A stretch of DNA of 62,113 bases, filler included, from Choristocarpus tenellus KU-1152 (taxonomy: Eukaryota; Protista; Phaeophyceae), in NCBI GenBank assembly GCA_964200185.2. It is 14 parts of 14 records of this genome, joined end to end, with 100 filler letters (N's around TTAATTAATTAA, not from the genome) between each part and the next. Parts side by side here need not be neighbours in the genome. Positions count along the whole stretch, not along the records: positions 10,972 to 14,211 come from CAXNAD020021324.1; positions 14,312 to 17,742 come from CAXNAD020020070.1; positions 17,843 to 24,855 come from CAXNAD020006868.1; positions 24,956 to 29,997 come from CAXNAD020012071.1; 10 more parts are not named here. One strand, given 5' to 3'. Below are positions 12,620 through 25,124 of the stretch, one piece after another. Made by a program: the position numbers and the translations under genes. How positions within the stretch are numbered: position 1 is the stretch's first letter; each line of letters starts with the position of its first letter. The notes under the pieces are model-generated. The model saw only the letters and a program-made list of their open reading frames with translations. It was not told the DNA's origin and searched no databases.

Positions 12620-13450
12620 ATGACCGAACTCTGCTCCCCCCCCCAACACCCCTCCACCCCCCCCAACCCTACCGCCATCTTTGTCTTCCACAATGCTCAG
12701 CCGCATGCAAGCTCGTCCTCGAATCCCGCAGAAATGGCCTTATTCCCGCTTGAAGGGAAAGACTACAAAGTCGGCGGAATTGACCTCCCTGCGTGGGGTG
12801 ATCTCGAAGTGTGCAACTCTCGATCAGAGGCCTTCCGTTTGATCTCTCTTGAAGACCAAGAAGAACAATGCATTCGGCTGCTTCATGTGGCCAACAACAA
12901 ACAGCTCAAGCGCATGCTTTCGCCTGGAATGGAGGTGTGTGGGCCGCGCGCAAAGCTCTACTTGCGCGTGGCAGCCACTTGCCCTCTCTACTACATGCGT
13001 TGGACCGAGAAGGCAGACGACGCCAACATTGAATTCACGTCAATAGTTCTGCAGAGTGGAAGCCGTCACCAGGTCCTCCTCCCCTTCTCCCAGGTTGGCC
13101 CCGGGCAGATGTTCGTCACGCCCGTATTCGAGAGGATGTGCAAACCCCAGGCAAAGAATGACACGAGATCACCATTCAATGTACTCCCGGGTATTACGGT
13201 AGTGCATTCTCGTGGTTTCGAAATGCTGGATTCGGACTCGGACTTGACGCCAATGACTACTAGAAAGCGCAAGTGTCCCTCTTCTCGCACAGGTGGAAAG
13301 GGGAAAGATCACAAGGTATGGAGGGGCGCTGGTGATTCTGCCATGGAAGACGACCCAGAGTATGTCAGCGACGCTGAGGAGGACAAGGAGGAAGAAGAGG
13401 ATAAGGAGTATGATGGAGAGGAGGAAGAAGGGGATGACAAAGAGGAGTAA
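12620..13450 (+). CDS. Hypothetical protein (likely start ~12734) with a basic NLS-like motif and acidic tail, probably transposon-related
   Basis: 276-codon GC-rich ORF with RKRK and a D/E-rich tail; the acidic pattern continues past the TAA, so the stop may be a mutation. Confidence 0.4.
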   Translation: MTELCSPPQHPSTPPNPTAIFVFHNAQPHASSSSNPAEMALFPLEGKDYKVGGIDLPAWGDLEVCNSRSEAFRLISLEDQEEQCIRLLHVANNKQLKRMLSPGMEVCGPRAKLYLRVAATCPLYYMRWTEKADDANIEFTSIVLQSGSRHQVLLPFSQVGPGQMFVTPVFERMCKPQAKNDTRSPFNVLPGITVVHSRGFEMLDSDSDLTPMTTRKRKCPSSRTGGKGKDHKVWRGAGDSAMEDDPEYVSDAEEDKEEEEDKEYDGEEEEGDDKEE

Positions 13451-14431
13451 GAAGAGGATCGGGACGGGGGTTATGAAGGAGGGGGGGGGGAAGAGGCGGG
13501 CGGGGCGCACACGTTGGCAAAGTAATGATTGACCAACGGCAAACATGGGATATGTTTTTATTGATGATGCCTCGTTCGTCCAGTAGTTAGTTCAAGCAGG
13601 TTGTTCGTGTGTCTGTTGAACTCCTGGTAACATGCTTACCAGAGTCGGCGCCCATTCTTGCTTCAGGTGACATGCACAGTGTCCCGCGGTGGCGGGTGGA
13701 GGAGGGGTACAACGAATGAGCAGCAAATTGAAAAAGCTGATGTTTTTATTTTTTATGTGATGGAAGATTTTTTTTACTCTATTTTAGCTTTGGGCCGTTG
13801 TGGCCTTATTCTCCCTCTCCCTGGTATTCTCTTGCGATGTGTTAAGAGTCCAACAACTTGCCCGAGAAAATAGATAAATGCAGATTGGTGTATCTGACAG
13901 GGTGGGGGGGGGGGAGATCGCAACAAACGATAGTTCCGGCATGACTGAGATATTCGTACAAAGAGGTCGATCATATAATGTCAACACTTATATGCGCTCA
14001 GTGTTAGCTTCTTCTACTTGGCGACAATAGCAATAATTGATAAACAATTGAATAAAATGGGAAATTAACATTTCTTTTTCACTTCTTGTCAACCATCCAT
14101 AATGACGATGAAATGCCACCCCGAAAAAAACTACTTCGAAGTACTATTTTTTTCTACCACCTCCACCATCGACAGTTAAACGACTACACCGACCGCACTA
14201 ATTATTCAAGCNNNNNNNNNNNNNNNNNNNNNNNNNNNNNNNNNNNNNNNNNNNNTTAATTAATTAANNNNNNNNNNNNNNNNNNNNNNNNNNNNNNNNN
14301 NNNNNNNNNNNGCACTTTCCGCGCACCATTTTCGGTCAAGCCCATCCTCCATAGTATGCTCCATCCTCGATTTTGGTGATTGGCTGTTATAACCCTTGGG
14401 TAATTAAAGGTACAATAAGATGTTTCCCATC

Positions 14432-14643
14432 ACCAAACTTTGGGGTTCCAACCCTGTTGAGGAAAACCTTTCAAGGAATTCCTCCAAATTGTCTACATGA
14501 ACATTTATGGGATACCCTAGTGATTCGTGATTTTCCCTTTTACCATAGTCTACTATTACCAAACTTTGGGGTTCCAACCCTGTTGAGGACAAACTTTCAA
14601 GGAACTTCTCCAAATTGGCTACAGGAACATTCTTGGGATACCC
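14432..14643. repeat. Direct duplication, period 126 bp
   Basis: ACCAAACTTTGGGGTTCCAACCCTGTTGAGGA...GGGATACCC at 14432 and 14558. Confidence 0.85.
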
Positions 14644-15040
14644 AGATGGTTCTTTTTCTTTTCTCCCACGGGACTGTCGGACACTTTTTATTTCATGTGC
14701 AGACAGAGCTCACACTGGATGGGGGGTGATGTGACGGACAGGTCCCTTTGGAAGCTGATCTCAGTCCAGGTACACATCCGCACGCACACACAAGTGTATT
14801 GCGCGCACAATTCATTGTCATTGGTGATGTTCCCAACAACATCAAACACAGAGAACTCTTGAGAATTCTCAGACTTCCTACCAGTGACGATCACCAAGAT
14901 GTGACACCATCTTGTGGATCTGGGATTCTCTTAAAACTTCTCCTAAGATTTGATGGCTAAGAGATCTTTGGGTTTGCTGGGTAGCACCCCACCATGACAC
15001 ACTGGTGATTCTGAACACCCCCCACGACTGATTGGACCCT

Positions 15041-15296
15041 GAGTCAAAGTATGTTAGAGGGTGAGGCCGCGTCCATTTGGGGCCAAAATCCAATGTGCGA
15101 TCTTGATGTAATTTTGGCTACCGTGTTTGTTAGGAAGTGCCAATATCCTTGTTCTGGACATGCTTCTCCAAAACGTATATGTTTTACATACCCTGAAACA
15201 TTTCGGAATAAGAAAATGTCACTAAAACGCCGTCAGAAGCCAAGCCCCAAACGGACAAATAGGGCAAAACTCGTACCTTCTAAGATACTTTCACTC
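15041..15296. mobile_element. MITE family A, full copy with 4-bp TSD CCCT
   Basis: CCCT|GAGTCAAAGTATGTTAGAGGGT ... TACCTTCTAAGATACTTTCACTC|CCCT. Confidence 0.92.
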
Positions 15297-16099
15297 CCCT
15301 ACCTTGCACATTTACTTGTTTAGGGATTTTCTTATGTATATATATATTATTGTGCTTTGTGACGTATCGAATGAAAGAGTATAACAAGAGTTTGAAAAGT
15401 TTTGTATCCATGAATGTCCATACTTAGGGGAACGGGACCTATGTTACGATCAAATAATAGGAAAAACACGGGGGAACGTCTCCGGCGCAATTTTGAAGGT
15501 CACGACTTCAAAACAGAGAAAAATGAAGTGGTTGGCTGAACTCCCCGCAAAAAATCGATGCAGGGTAGATCGTTGCCCAAGTTTGGCGTGTGTGGCAATA
15601 CCGAAAAAGCCCCCAAGATTTGCAGACATCTTTTTGGCGCCATTTGCAGACTTTCTGTGAGCGCACACACCCGTGACCCACACAGTGACATGAACCACAA
15701 CGGTGAGACAAGGAGAGCTGCCGAGGCCACTCTGCCCCCTGGATCTACCCTCGGCACCTTCTCTGTTGAGAGGCGATGGAAAAGCAGGTATTGTGTGACA
15801 CTCAGTGCGATGTTAGGTGACGAGAAAGTGCGAGTGGTGTGGCGCAGCAGCATGATCAAATCACGCAATGGATCAAGCAGCCGCGACACTGACGCTGAGA
15901 GAAGATGCATGGAAAGCATTACCATACAAACATGGTTGGATCTTCAACAACGTCGGAGCACTGCTCTGCAGTCTCTGCAGCGAGTCCATCACCTGGTGGT
16001 AGAGTGACGAAGTCTGTGGAGAAGCCTGGTCACGGCAGGTGAAGGGAGAACAGGGGTGGCCGCCTGAAGGGAAGGTTGGTGAAGAGAGCAGTGCGAACT

Positions 16100-16970
16100 G
16101 CGTGTCATTGCGCTCAGGAAACGCCTAAGTGAAAACCTGGGTGTAGAATATCTTAGTAGTCAACAGTTGCAGCAGGCCCTGGCTGTTTGGAAGCTATGCC
16201 AGGTGGAGTGGCTTAAGAAAACGAGAAAGAAGGTGTTAGGGTTGGGCTACGAGGGCTCTGAGGCCCGAAAGAAGGTCGAAAGGGGTCGCAAGGCGCAGGA
16301 GAAAGCGATCGTAGCAAAGGCAGCTGTGGAGACTTTTCGATACCACGAAATCCTTTACTTCAAAGAGGTCACAAAGCAGGGTGGGAGTAGCCATCGACAA
16401 GGACGCCAGGAGAGAAGAGGGGGTGAGACTGAGACTATTTGCACAGTGATGTTTGATGTCTCCCACTTCTTGCCAGATGCCGTACATTAACTTTTGTGCC
16501 TGGACCTAGGGTTGGAGGTATAAAGTTGATTAAGCCTTTCTCACCGCCTGCATTCATTTGAGGAATCAAGACAATTCTCGATCAACTCAAGTCTGTCCTC
16601 CCTCGCCCTTGCGCCTTGATGATAAAATATCACTTGCCCAGGAAACACGGACGACGCCCATATCCGGCACTCAACAAGGAAATGTGATAGTAAAGGCTCT
16701 AACACTGCGAATTCTGTACCTGTGTATGAACGAAAGAAAAACCGTCAAACGGCGCTTGAGATGGCAGCAGGATATGTGATGGTCAGGTCGGAAACTGTGA
16801 GTAAATGGGGGAGAGACTTCCTAACTAAGGGCCACATTAAGGTGTCGGAGCAAGGGCACTACCAGAGGCGTTTTATTCTGGGCCTCGACGAGGATATCTT
16901 CGTCAAGGTCAAAGAGTGGGTACCCGAACACACAGGAAGAAAGGGTGAGGAGGTTTTTTTTCCCGCCTAA
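16100..16970 (+). pseudogene. Degenerate DNA-transposase N-terminal region (IS630/Tc1-like?)
   Basis: ETVSKWGRDFLTKGHIKVSEQGHYQRRFILGLDEDIFVKVKEW resembles an HTH region of Tc1-like transposases; no catalytic domain is visible. Confidence 0.3.
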
Positions 16971-17629
16971 ACCCTACACTTCATTCAAATAATAGTGCCC
17001 CTGTTGCCACTCTTGGTGACCTACAATCCATGGTTCGAACCCCAATATGACCGCTCTTTCTTCACAAATGAAAAAAAGGCGAAAAAAAACAAGAAGCCCT
17101 TATTCTGGGGGGCCTAGTGACAGGTATTACGAATATGCTTTTATTTTTTTTATTTGATGTCTGCATCAAAACTTATGACGGGACAACCCCAGAGGGCGAA
17201 GGTACTAGTAAATACCACTATAGTAATATAATATTGAATTGACTTTTCATTGGTTTTTCCCTCATCTGCAAAGTGTTAGAGGGCAAAAAAATATATGTTG
17301 GATGTAACACTAATAATATGACGGGTTTTTACGATATTTGATCGAGGGCATAATAATAAAAATATATCTGGCTGTAAAATAGGAAATAACATATATACAT
17401 ATATATGTATATGATTTTCATATTTATGACAACTGATGCTTTTCAGGGGTTGTTCTGATATTTGAATGGTTTTTCACTGTTTTTTTCCTAACACGTCTGG
17501 AAAATGTTAGAGGGCATAAAAATATATATTGAATGTACTTTTTCCCAGACGTTTTCCCAAAACGTTCTTCAAAAATGAAAAAAAATGACGAGAAAAAAAC
17601 AAGAAGCCCGGAAAGAATAATATAATGCA

Positions 17630-17742
17630 AGGGAATGGACATCCCTTGCACTATGGAGGACGGTAACCCCTTCACTGTAGACAGGAACTTCTGCATGGAT
17701 CTAGTCTTCCATGCGGGGGGGCACTTGCGGACGTTGAATCAG
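17630..17742 (+). mobile_element. Fragment of the same CRE-like retroelement as at 1125-1235
   Basis: GGACATCCCTTGCAC..GGAGGACGGTA.CCC.TTCAC.GT.GA..GGAA.TTC.GCATGGAT is shared with 1129-1195. Confidence 0.8.
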
Positions 17743-17904
17743 NNNNNNNNNNNNNNNNNNNNNNNNNNNNNNNNNNNNNNNNNNNNTTAATTAATTAANN
17801 NNNNNNNNNNNNNNNNNNNNNNNNNNNNNNNNNNNNNNNNNNGTTTTCGCAGAACAACCATCCTCATAGTCCCGCTCCATCCTCAATTTTGCGAATCCCC
17901 TGTT

Positions 17905-18750
17905 AGTTGTAGGCAAGAATGGATGGGAATAATACATGATCGGTTGTAGGCAGGAAGGCAATGGGTTCTCCAAACGTTTAGCCTCCCAAAACGTGTTATG
18001 CTGGTCTTGATTAGTCTTTGTTTAAGGTGCGATATACTGGGTAGTTGCGGCTTTAGTTGATTTTATTGTAATGTTGGGAATACTGTAGAGGTGTAGGCAA
18101 GAATGGGTGGGAAGCAATGTGATTGGTTGGTTTTAGGCGACTAGACAAAGCGTTCTCCAAACGTTTCGCCTCCCAATATGTGCAATGCCAGCCTTCGCCA
18201 GTGTTGGTTAAAATGGGGTGATATACTGGGTAATTGTGTACTGGTTGATCTTGTTGTGTTGTTGGGAATATTGGAGTTGTGGGCAAGAACAGGTGGGAAC
18301 AAGATATGATTGGTGGAGACCGACTAGAGAGAGCATTCTTCAAATGTTTTGCCTCCCAATGTGTGTAATACAAAATTTGATTAGTCTAAGCTGGATGGTG
18401 TGATACGCTCTACAATCAGTGGTGTATTTTGTATTGGTCTTATTTGGCTGTTGTTGGGAAGTAGTAAGCAAGTGGTGAAAATAAACGGCTTCGTATATGG
18501 AATTGGTTGTAGGCGACTACAGATGATACATTCTCCAAATGTTTCGCCTCCAAGAAAAAAGATGCAACGCATTTATTTTTTTGTCGAGTGATTCAAAAAA
18601 AAGAAAGTCGGTTCATTAATATCAAATTGTTTTGGGGGGAATGATAGTGTTGCAGACAAGAAGGGATTAGATTAAAAGACGAAGTTGCATGTGCAATTGG
18701 TTGCAGGCGGATATAGATGATACGTTCTCCAAACGATCCGCCTCACAGCA
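17905..18750. repeat. Degenerate tandem repeat, ~180-200-bp unit, about 5 copies
   Basis: Recurring GGCAAGAA..GG.GGGAA...GATTGGTTGTAGGCGACTA...TTCTCCAAACGTTTCGCCTCC blocks. Confidence 0.75.
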
Positions 18751-21106
18751 AGCAGTGTGTAACTACTCTCTTCACCAATCAATACCCCAGGTCAACCCAG
18801 AATACTCTTATCTCACCAAAAGCATTAATAAGTAAATATATTTCAAAATATGACTATTAAATACTGCAACAGGTCAAACCCCTGTTGAAGAGACACTTAT
18901 CAACTCAAACAAGTGAAATAGCGAGAACATAATGAAAATTGACAAGTGACAAAAAGCAGCTTTATATTATATGCGATTTGTCAAGGATGTTTTTTGGACG
19001 TCCATGGTACAACACTACGACCACTTGTATCATGTACTATATCATTGGCGAGTCAGGCAAGACTCAATTACTTGATCGTCATGGGCAGATTAACGTTCAA
19101 CACTTTACTGTTCTTCTGTATCCCAATTTGGTTGTACCTCACAGATTACGACCAAAATGAAATAGATCACGCGAAATGCATCCTATATCCAAACACTGAT
19201 CGATGCATTAAAATGTCAGCATACTCGAAGCCAACCATAGTTGTAGCTAGATCAATCCCTTGTAATGCATGGGAAGGTAATGTATGTATGACATGCTTGG
19301 AAAGGAGTGAGGCCCCTCTCCAGGTCTGAGGCAGACAAAACTCGTCACAGGCTGTTACATTTGATACCCTGAAGTCCCCAAAAGAGCATGGACTATCTGC
19401 CCGACTTATCTAAAAAGTAAACCACATGGGGCACTGACTCAGCTTAGTACAAAGTGACTCTTTGTGATCCTAGCACTCTAACTTCTGATGTTCCTTTCAG
19501 TAGGCACGAGGAAACTCCACCTCCCTGCATGCAAATACTTTTATAACCGTGCAAATAATGCAAACAGTAGGTGTTTCAATGCTTGGTTTAACCTTCACGC
19601 ACAAGCTTAGCCCTCCAAGCTATTCTGAGTAACAACCTCTGCACCCGGGACACCACAGAGGACCTGCCCCTCCCCTCACCCATCCATCAACCAAGAAAGC
19701 AAACTTCCTAACATACACCATACTACAAAAACAAAAAACTTTCAAATTTTGTGTTGGAAATCTTGTCTTGACTATCACTTCATCAATTTCGTGATAAAAA
19801 AATAGATGAAAAAACAAAAAAAGGGGCACGCCTCTTCCTCAGCTACCTATTGATACCGCCAAAACAGAATAGGTAGCCTGCAAAAGGAAGACAGATGTAT
19901 TATGAGAGCTGTCTTTCTGACAGGATAAAAAGTAATATGTAGGCACAAACCACAAACTTCCCATAAATTAGTCTCACGGAGAAAATATCATTATTGGAGC
20001 AATCCTTAGATTGGGTAGAAACTGACCTGTGCCAACTACGAAATTAGGTGGTGGGGTAATTCCCCATGAGTCATGGAAGCGATGTGACAAATGTGTTGGA
20101 ACTATCATACTCTTTCCAAACTCACTGCTTTGTTTGAAAAGTAAACGGTTCTTTTTGCTACTTTCACAAGGGAGTATAGAATTTGTTGCGCTGTTCTAAA
20201 CAATAAACAAATATGAACATACCCACCCTGTTTCAGTCTACCACCGCCTCTTGATTGTGTAACCAGGATGCCATGCCCAACAAGGACCACCTCTCAACCA
20301 ATATACCCGTATAGTGTGTTGTCCTATCTCATCATCGCACTCAAGTTGCAGTGGGTGGGTAGGGTACAGACCACATTGGGGATATGTGGGAAAACATTGA
20401 GTTTCTGGGTTGGTGGGAGGAGAAAGTGCAGTAATCGACTTCTCCCTTGGGTCTAGAAGGTGAACAGAAACGAGAATTTGGTGCCTGCCAAGAGATGCAA
20501 GATACATCAGAAATCACTTGATCATGCTAGATAGTAGAGAGTAGGATAAAGTATGGGTTAAGTCCAAACTCAAGAAACAAGAGGGAGAAAAATAGCTCTT
20601 GAAATATACCACTAGATCTGGAAAAGATCTGTTAGTGTAGTAGAAGTTCCTGACTGAAAACCTGAACAATAGCCTTAAGTATGTAACTCTATATTTCAAA
20701 TGCAGTACTATATTCTGACTCCTTGATAATTCCTAGTACACTTTCATATACACAATATTAACATGCTGCGGTCTCATCAGTTACTACTTCTTTTGGTTAC
20801 AAAATAATGCAGACCGACACAATGATACGCCTTCCCTTCACTACCTCCCAAGACTCACTGTTTCTCCCCTAAAGCAATGCCTTCTTTTTTTTCTGGCTGC
20901 CATTCCAATCCGCCACAACGCAGCAACCCCCAAAGAACACCTTCTAGTGTGTAAAAGCTTGACAGCAAGACAGCACAATGTCCGATAGAGAGGGTGTCAA
21001 AACCTAGATTTCACAAGGTACGGCACAAATCATTCATGAAAATCTTACTGCATGTGACTCGACCAACTACCAGAGAGGTCCGCTGTGAAGAGAGAGGTAC
21101 GGTACT

Positions 21107-23155
21107 TCAGTTGCAATGCCTGTCAGCTTTTTTAGTGGCACGCATATCTAAAAGTTCCTCACGGGTTTTCCCCTCCTCAATATCAACCTCCACGATCTTG
21201 TAGTTACCCATGGCTGTTCGCTGGCGGTATACCAGTTTTGTTCCTGCTGCTCCTGCGTATGTGCCAAATGCCGTATTCTCTTCCTGGAGTGGGGGTGACA
21301 GGTAGTGAGGGAATTAAAACACTCACTGCAGTGTCAGCTGCGAGTGGGGTGGGGGCAGCAACTTCTAAATGAGGGAGAGAAACTGGAAGTGAGATACACT
21401 CAAAGCAGATATCTAGACTTTATTATCTGATCGTGAAATTGTGGCATCAACCATGAACCACTGTACGCTTCAAAGGTTTAATTTAGTGACGACAGTCAAG
21501 ACCTCTGCCTCAAATGTTGAGTTCCTATCAATAAGCGCACTTCTACGACATACACCATGATGCAATTACAGGATCAAGGCAAACACCATATGGAGGGTGA
21601 GAGATGCTGCAGGGGTGGCATCTGTAAAACAAAATGGGGATCCAATATTTTATAACTGGCAGGGGATGGAAGATAACATACCCTCATAACATACTTCACA
21701 TATGGTCTCACCAAAGCACTACTTGGATAATTCCCAAAGAGGATGCCTCTCCACATCATGTATCAGGCTGCATGCACGTGCACATGCTCATGTCCCAGCA
21801 CTCAAAGTTTCCCTCCCAAAAGGGTGCAACAACTCTCACTTCAAGTTCCTCCCTCCCCTCCATACTTCACAGAGGGTCTCAGCAAAGCACTACTTGGATA
21901 ATTTCCAAAGAGGATGCTTCCCCACATCATCCATCAGACTGCATGCACGCACACACGGCCATGTCCCAGCACTCAAAGTTTCTCTCCAAAAAGGGTGCAA
22001 TCAATCTCATTTCAAGCTACTACCTTCCCTCCTTTGTTTCAACAGGTGAAAACCCTGTCCTCACGCCAATGCAGTTAGTTCATGGTCTGTTTGAGTCAAG
22101 GCCACTAGACATGAGCATTATTTTCATATTCCAAAATCTCAAATAGAGTGCCTTCCCCTGATAACTGCACTATATCAGGGGGAGTGGGGGGTAGGGGGAC
22201 AAGGTGTAGAGTTCTAGGAGTGAGAGTAGTTGCAATAGTGCTGGGCATTTACTAACCTGCAGTTTCCTCTTTTTGGCAGCTTCAGCCTTGCTCTCTGCGC
22301 TCTCCTCTTGCCTTGGAGCTTTGATGAAGCGGAAGGGGGTGGTGGAGATGAGATCCGTGCTGAAAGGGCTGCTAATGGATATGGACACGTTGCTCAGCAC
22401 CATCTTCACTATTCGAGTCTCCTCCCGCAACCTGATGCAAGGATTATTACGTGTTGTACAGAAGAGAGGTGGTTTCGGATGAAGGGAGTATTATATCAGG
22501 AGTTTATTAACGACATAGTGTTACTGGCAGAGTCATTAGTGCATGCTTCAGGTAATGGAAGGCGATAGAATGCGGGTGGGATGAGATTGATGAGTTTGGG
22601 GGTTGATTAAAGGGACCTCTTCCCATCAAGAGGTCGACTGTCAAGGTCTCGATCTTTAATAATTGGCAATGTTCACAAATCAAATAAATGTGAACAAGAT
22701 CGCCTCATCACGTCAGTTAGCCAGCTGGATGGCTAAAGGACTTGTGAAAAGGGTTGGGGACAGGATAGTTTGTAAAAAACACAGTTTGCATATAAGACAG
22801 ACTTCCTGTGCGGATCACATCGTGCCTACATCATATCCTACACTCACGTGGTTGGGTGAGTGATGATCACGGCATCACCCACATTTAACTCGTCCATAAA
22901 TTTTGCCTCGTGGCCGTGCACTGTCGTGCCGGACGATGTCATTCGCCCAGTGCCCCCGATCGGCCTCATTTCATCCTCCTCCACCGAAGCACCTCTAGCA
23001 TCCCCCGTTCCTGACTCCGCACCCCCTTCAGCAGTCCGCACCACCAACATATTTTTCTCTTCCCTCTCCTTCCTCTTCTTCGCTTTGATCTTCTTCTTAC
23101 CCCGTTCAGACACAGCGGCTTCGCCCCCCTTGAATATCAGTCGCCCCTTCCCCAT
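21107..23155 (-). CDS. Complete conserved hypothetical protein, 219 aa; exons 23155-22848, 22431-22257, 21283-21107
   Basis: ATG, two canonical introns (GTGAGT and GTTAGT donors, CAG acceptors) with matching phases, and TGA. Sequence MGKGRLIFKG..GTGRMTSSGTTVHGHEAKFMDELNVGDAVIITHPTT-LREETRIVKMVLSNVS..-EENTAFGTYAG..TREELLDMRATKKADRHCN resembles a conserved protist protein. Confidence 0.9.
21690..22032. repeat. Intronic tandem duplication, 171-bp unit, 2 copies
   Basis: CATACTTCACA..GGTCTCA.CAAAGCACTACTTGGATAATT.CCAAAGAGGATGC at 21690 and 21861. Confidence 0.88.
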
Positions 23156-24974
23156 ACTTTCAGCAAGGAGGTCAGATTCTACCTTTTTTCTCCTCTGAAA
23201 TTTCAGACAGAAGACGAGGTTACTCTTTTACCAATATTGAACTACAAATGGGGCAAGAACAGCCTAATCAGTTGGCGAAGTAAATGCTGCAACGTTGGTA
23301 GGTATTTCAGTTGTTTAGATGTGTTCTACAACTAAACGAAGCTCGGTCACAAGGGTTTGGAAAGTAATCGAAGGCGTGGTCTACGAGATCACCCCTAAAC
23401 AAGGAGCACATAGAGACACAGATGCTTAGTGGAGACAAATGCGATATTCTTGTGCCTCCTGCTTGATATTACAGGTCTTCATAGATCAAGAGTTCCATCG
23501 TCTATGATTTGCATCAGCTTGTAGATATCAAGGTGTATACTTGACAGCTAGCACTGACTGTGACAAGACAGTAGTGCTGATAGTGGTGCTGAAACACATC
23601 AATCAGTTTTGCATTGCGTCGTATTTGTTCAGGGCTTCCCTTCTCAGTTGTCACAGAGTAGAATGAAAGAGTTAACCTTCACTCACCATAGCTTCTTTGC
23701 ATCCCGCATACATCCCAACAGCCGAAAGTCGAGCCGGTGGGATCCACCTAATTGCTCAGAGATTACATTAGGTCTTGTTGTCAAAGGTTTATGAGATTCT
23801 TGTCTCAGGATCTGCGGTATTATTTCTGTCTCCAATTTGTAGACAATACGCCGTGCTATTCCCAGCCCTCTACTGAATCGCCTCCTGCAGGCCTGTAAGA
23901 CCGCTTCCACCTCTAGGAATGAATACATCTTCCACACGTTGATGGGTATTGTGCATTCCTTGGCACTCTTGAACCAGTGTGTCCCAGTTGACGACTTTAC
24001 TTATAATTCTACATTTCACTCGGAAATGGATCCATTCCTTAATTACCTGCACCCTTGTGTCTGGTTTAACCATGGCAGTCTAGCTTGAGGGTAAGTGAGG
24101 AGGACGGGTGGGTCGCGAGCTGACAAGAACAAAGTTGGAGTATAGCCGATTTAGGCTGGACCTGGACCCCTACTTCGCCTTCATAAGTTCCTCGTGAATG
24201 CTGGGGTGGTGTGAGTTGGGACCAGGATGAGTGAAATACGTCCAGCGTCTTCGGCGTATAGCCTCTTCCAGAAAGACAACTACCAGAAGGCCAGGGCGTC
24301 CCTTGAGGTTAGTCGCTAGATGTTCTTGATGATTCAACCTGTGCAAAGTCGTACGAACTCAATCATCCTGTGTCATTTCACAAGGTCCCTCTCCCATGAT
24401 TGTGTCTCCATCTTGGTGCCCTATGTTGTAAGAAGTGAGAAACAAGTCGACTGTTGATGGCATATGTTGCTTTCGTTAGGCTACTTGCATCCTGCTTCCA
24501 AGACACGTTGGCACCATCTACCTACACCTGCTCTCCTTTATTTCTTGTGCATAGATGCTACAGTTCAAATGTGTTGTGAAGAACAGCTTCCATCCTCATG
24601 TGGTCCTCAACACCTTTTGGTGCCTGCTTTGCCTACTGGTACATACCATCTCCGATGAGTCACATCAATCACGGTCATGACAAGGCCAGTAGTACTATAT
24701 TCAATATTCCCCATGCCAAAATCAGCACTTCCTCAGTGTAAGCCTGCCAGAGGTACACCTCAAGCCTCAGATACTTTGTGAATACTGTTTAGCAAGGCAC
24801 GCCTATGCCCCAAATTGTTGTCCTCCATCATGCCGGAGTCCCTACCTTCCTCACCNNNNNNNNNNNNNNNNNNNNNNNNNNNNNNNNNNNNNNNNNNNNT
24901 TAATTAATTAANNNNNNNNNNNNNNNNNNNNNNNNNNNNNNNNNNNNNNNNNNNNATACAACCGCTTATAGGGG

Positions 24975-25124
24975 ACCCTGGGGGCCGCGTGTGTGGGGGG
25001 GGGGGGGTGGTTTGTCAGGGGGCATCCGTTTCGGTCCTGACAAAGTGCTCAAAAATCATAGCAGTTGCTGTCTTCAGTCGTGGACACCCCTCACAAACCA
25101 CCACTCCCCAAGATACTTTGACCC
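24975..25124. mobile_element. MITE family C (same terminus); other ends at 36145-36183 and an unassigned B/C-type terminus at 30098-30118
   Basis: Ends CTCACAAACCACC..CCCCAAGATACTTTGACCC; its reverse complement GGGTCAAAGTATCTGGGG..GGTGGTTTGTGAG is at 36145. Confidence 0.75.
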
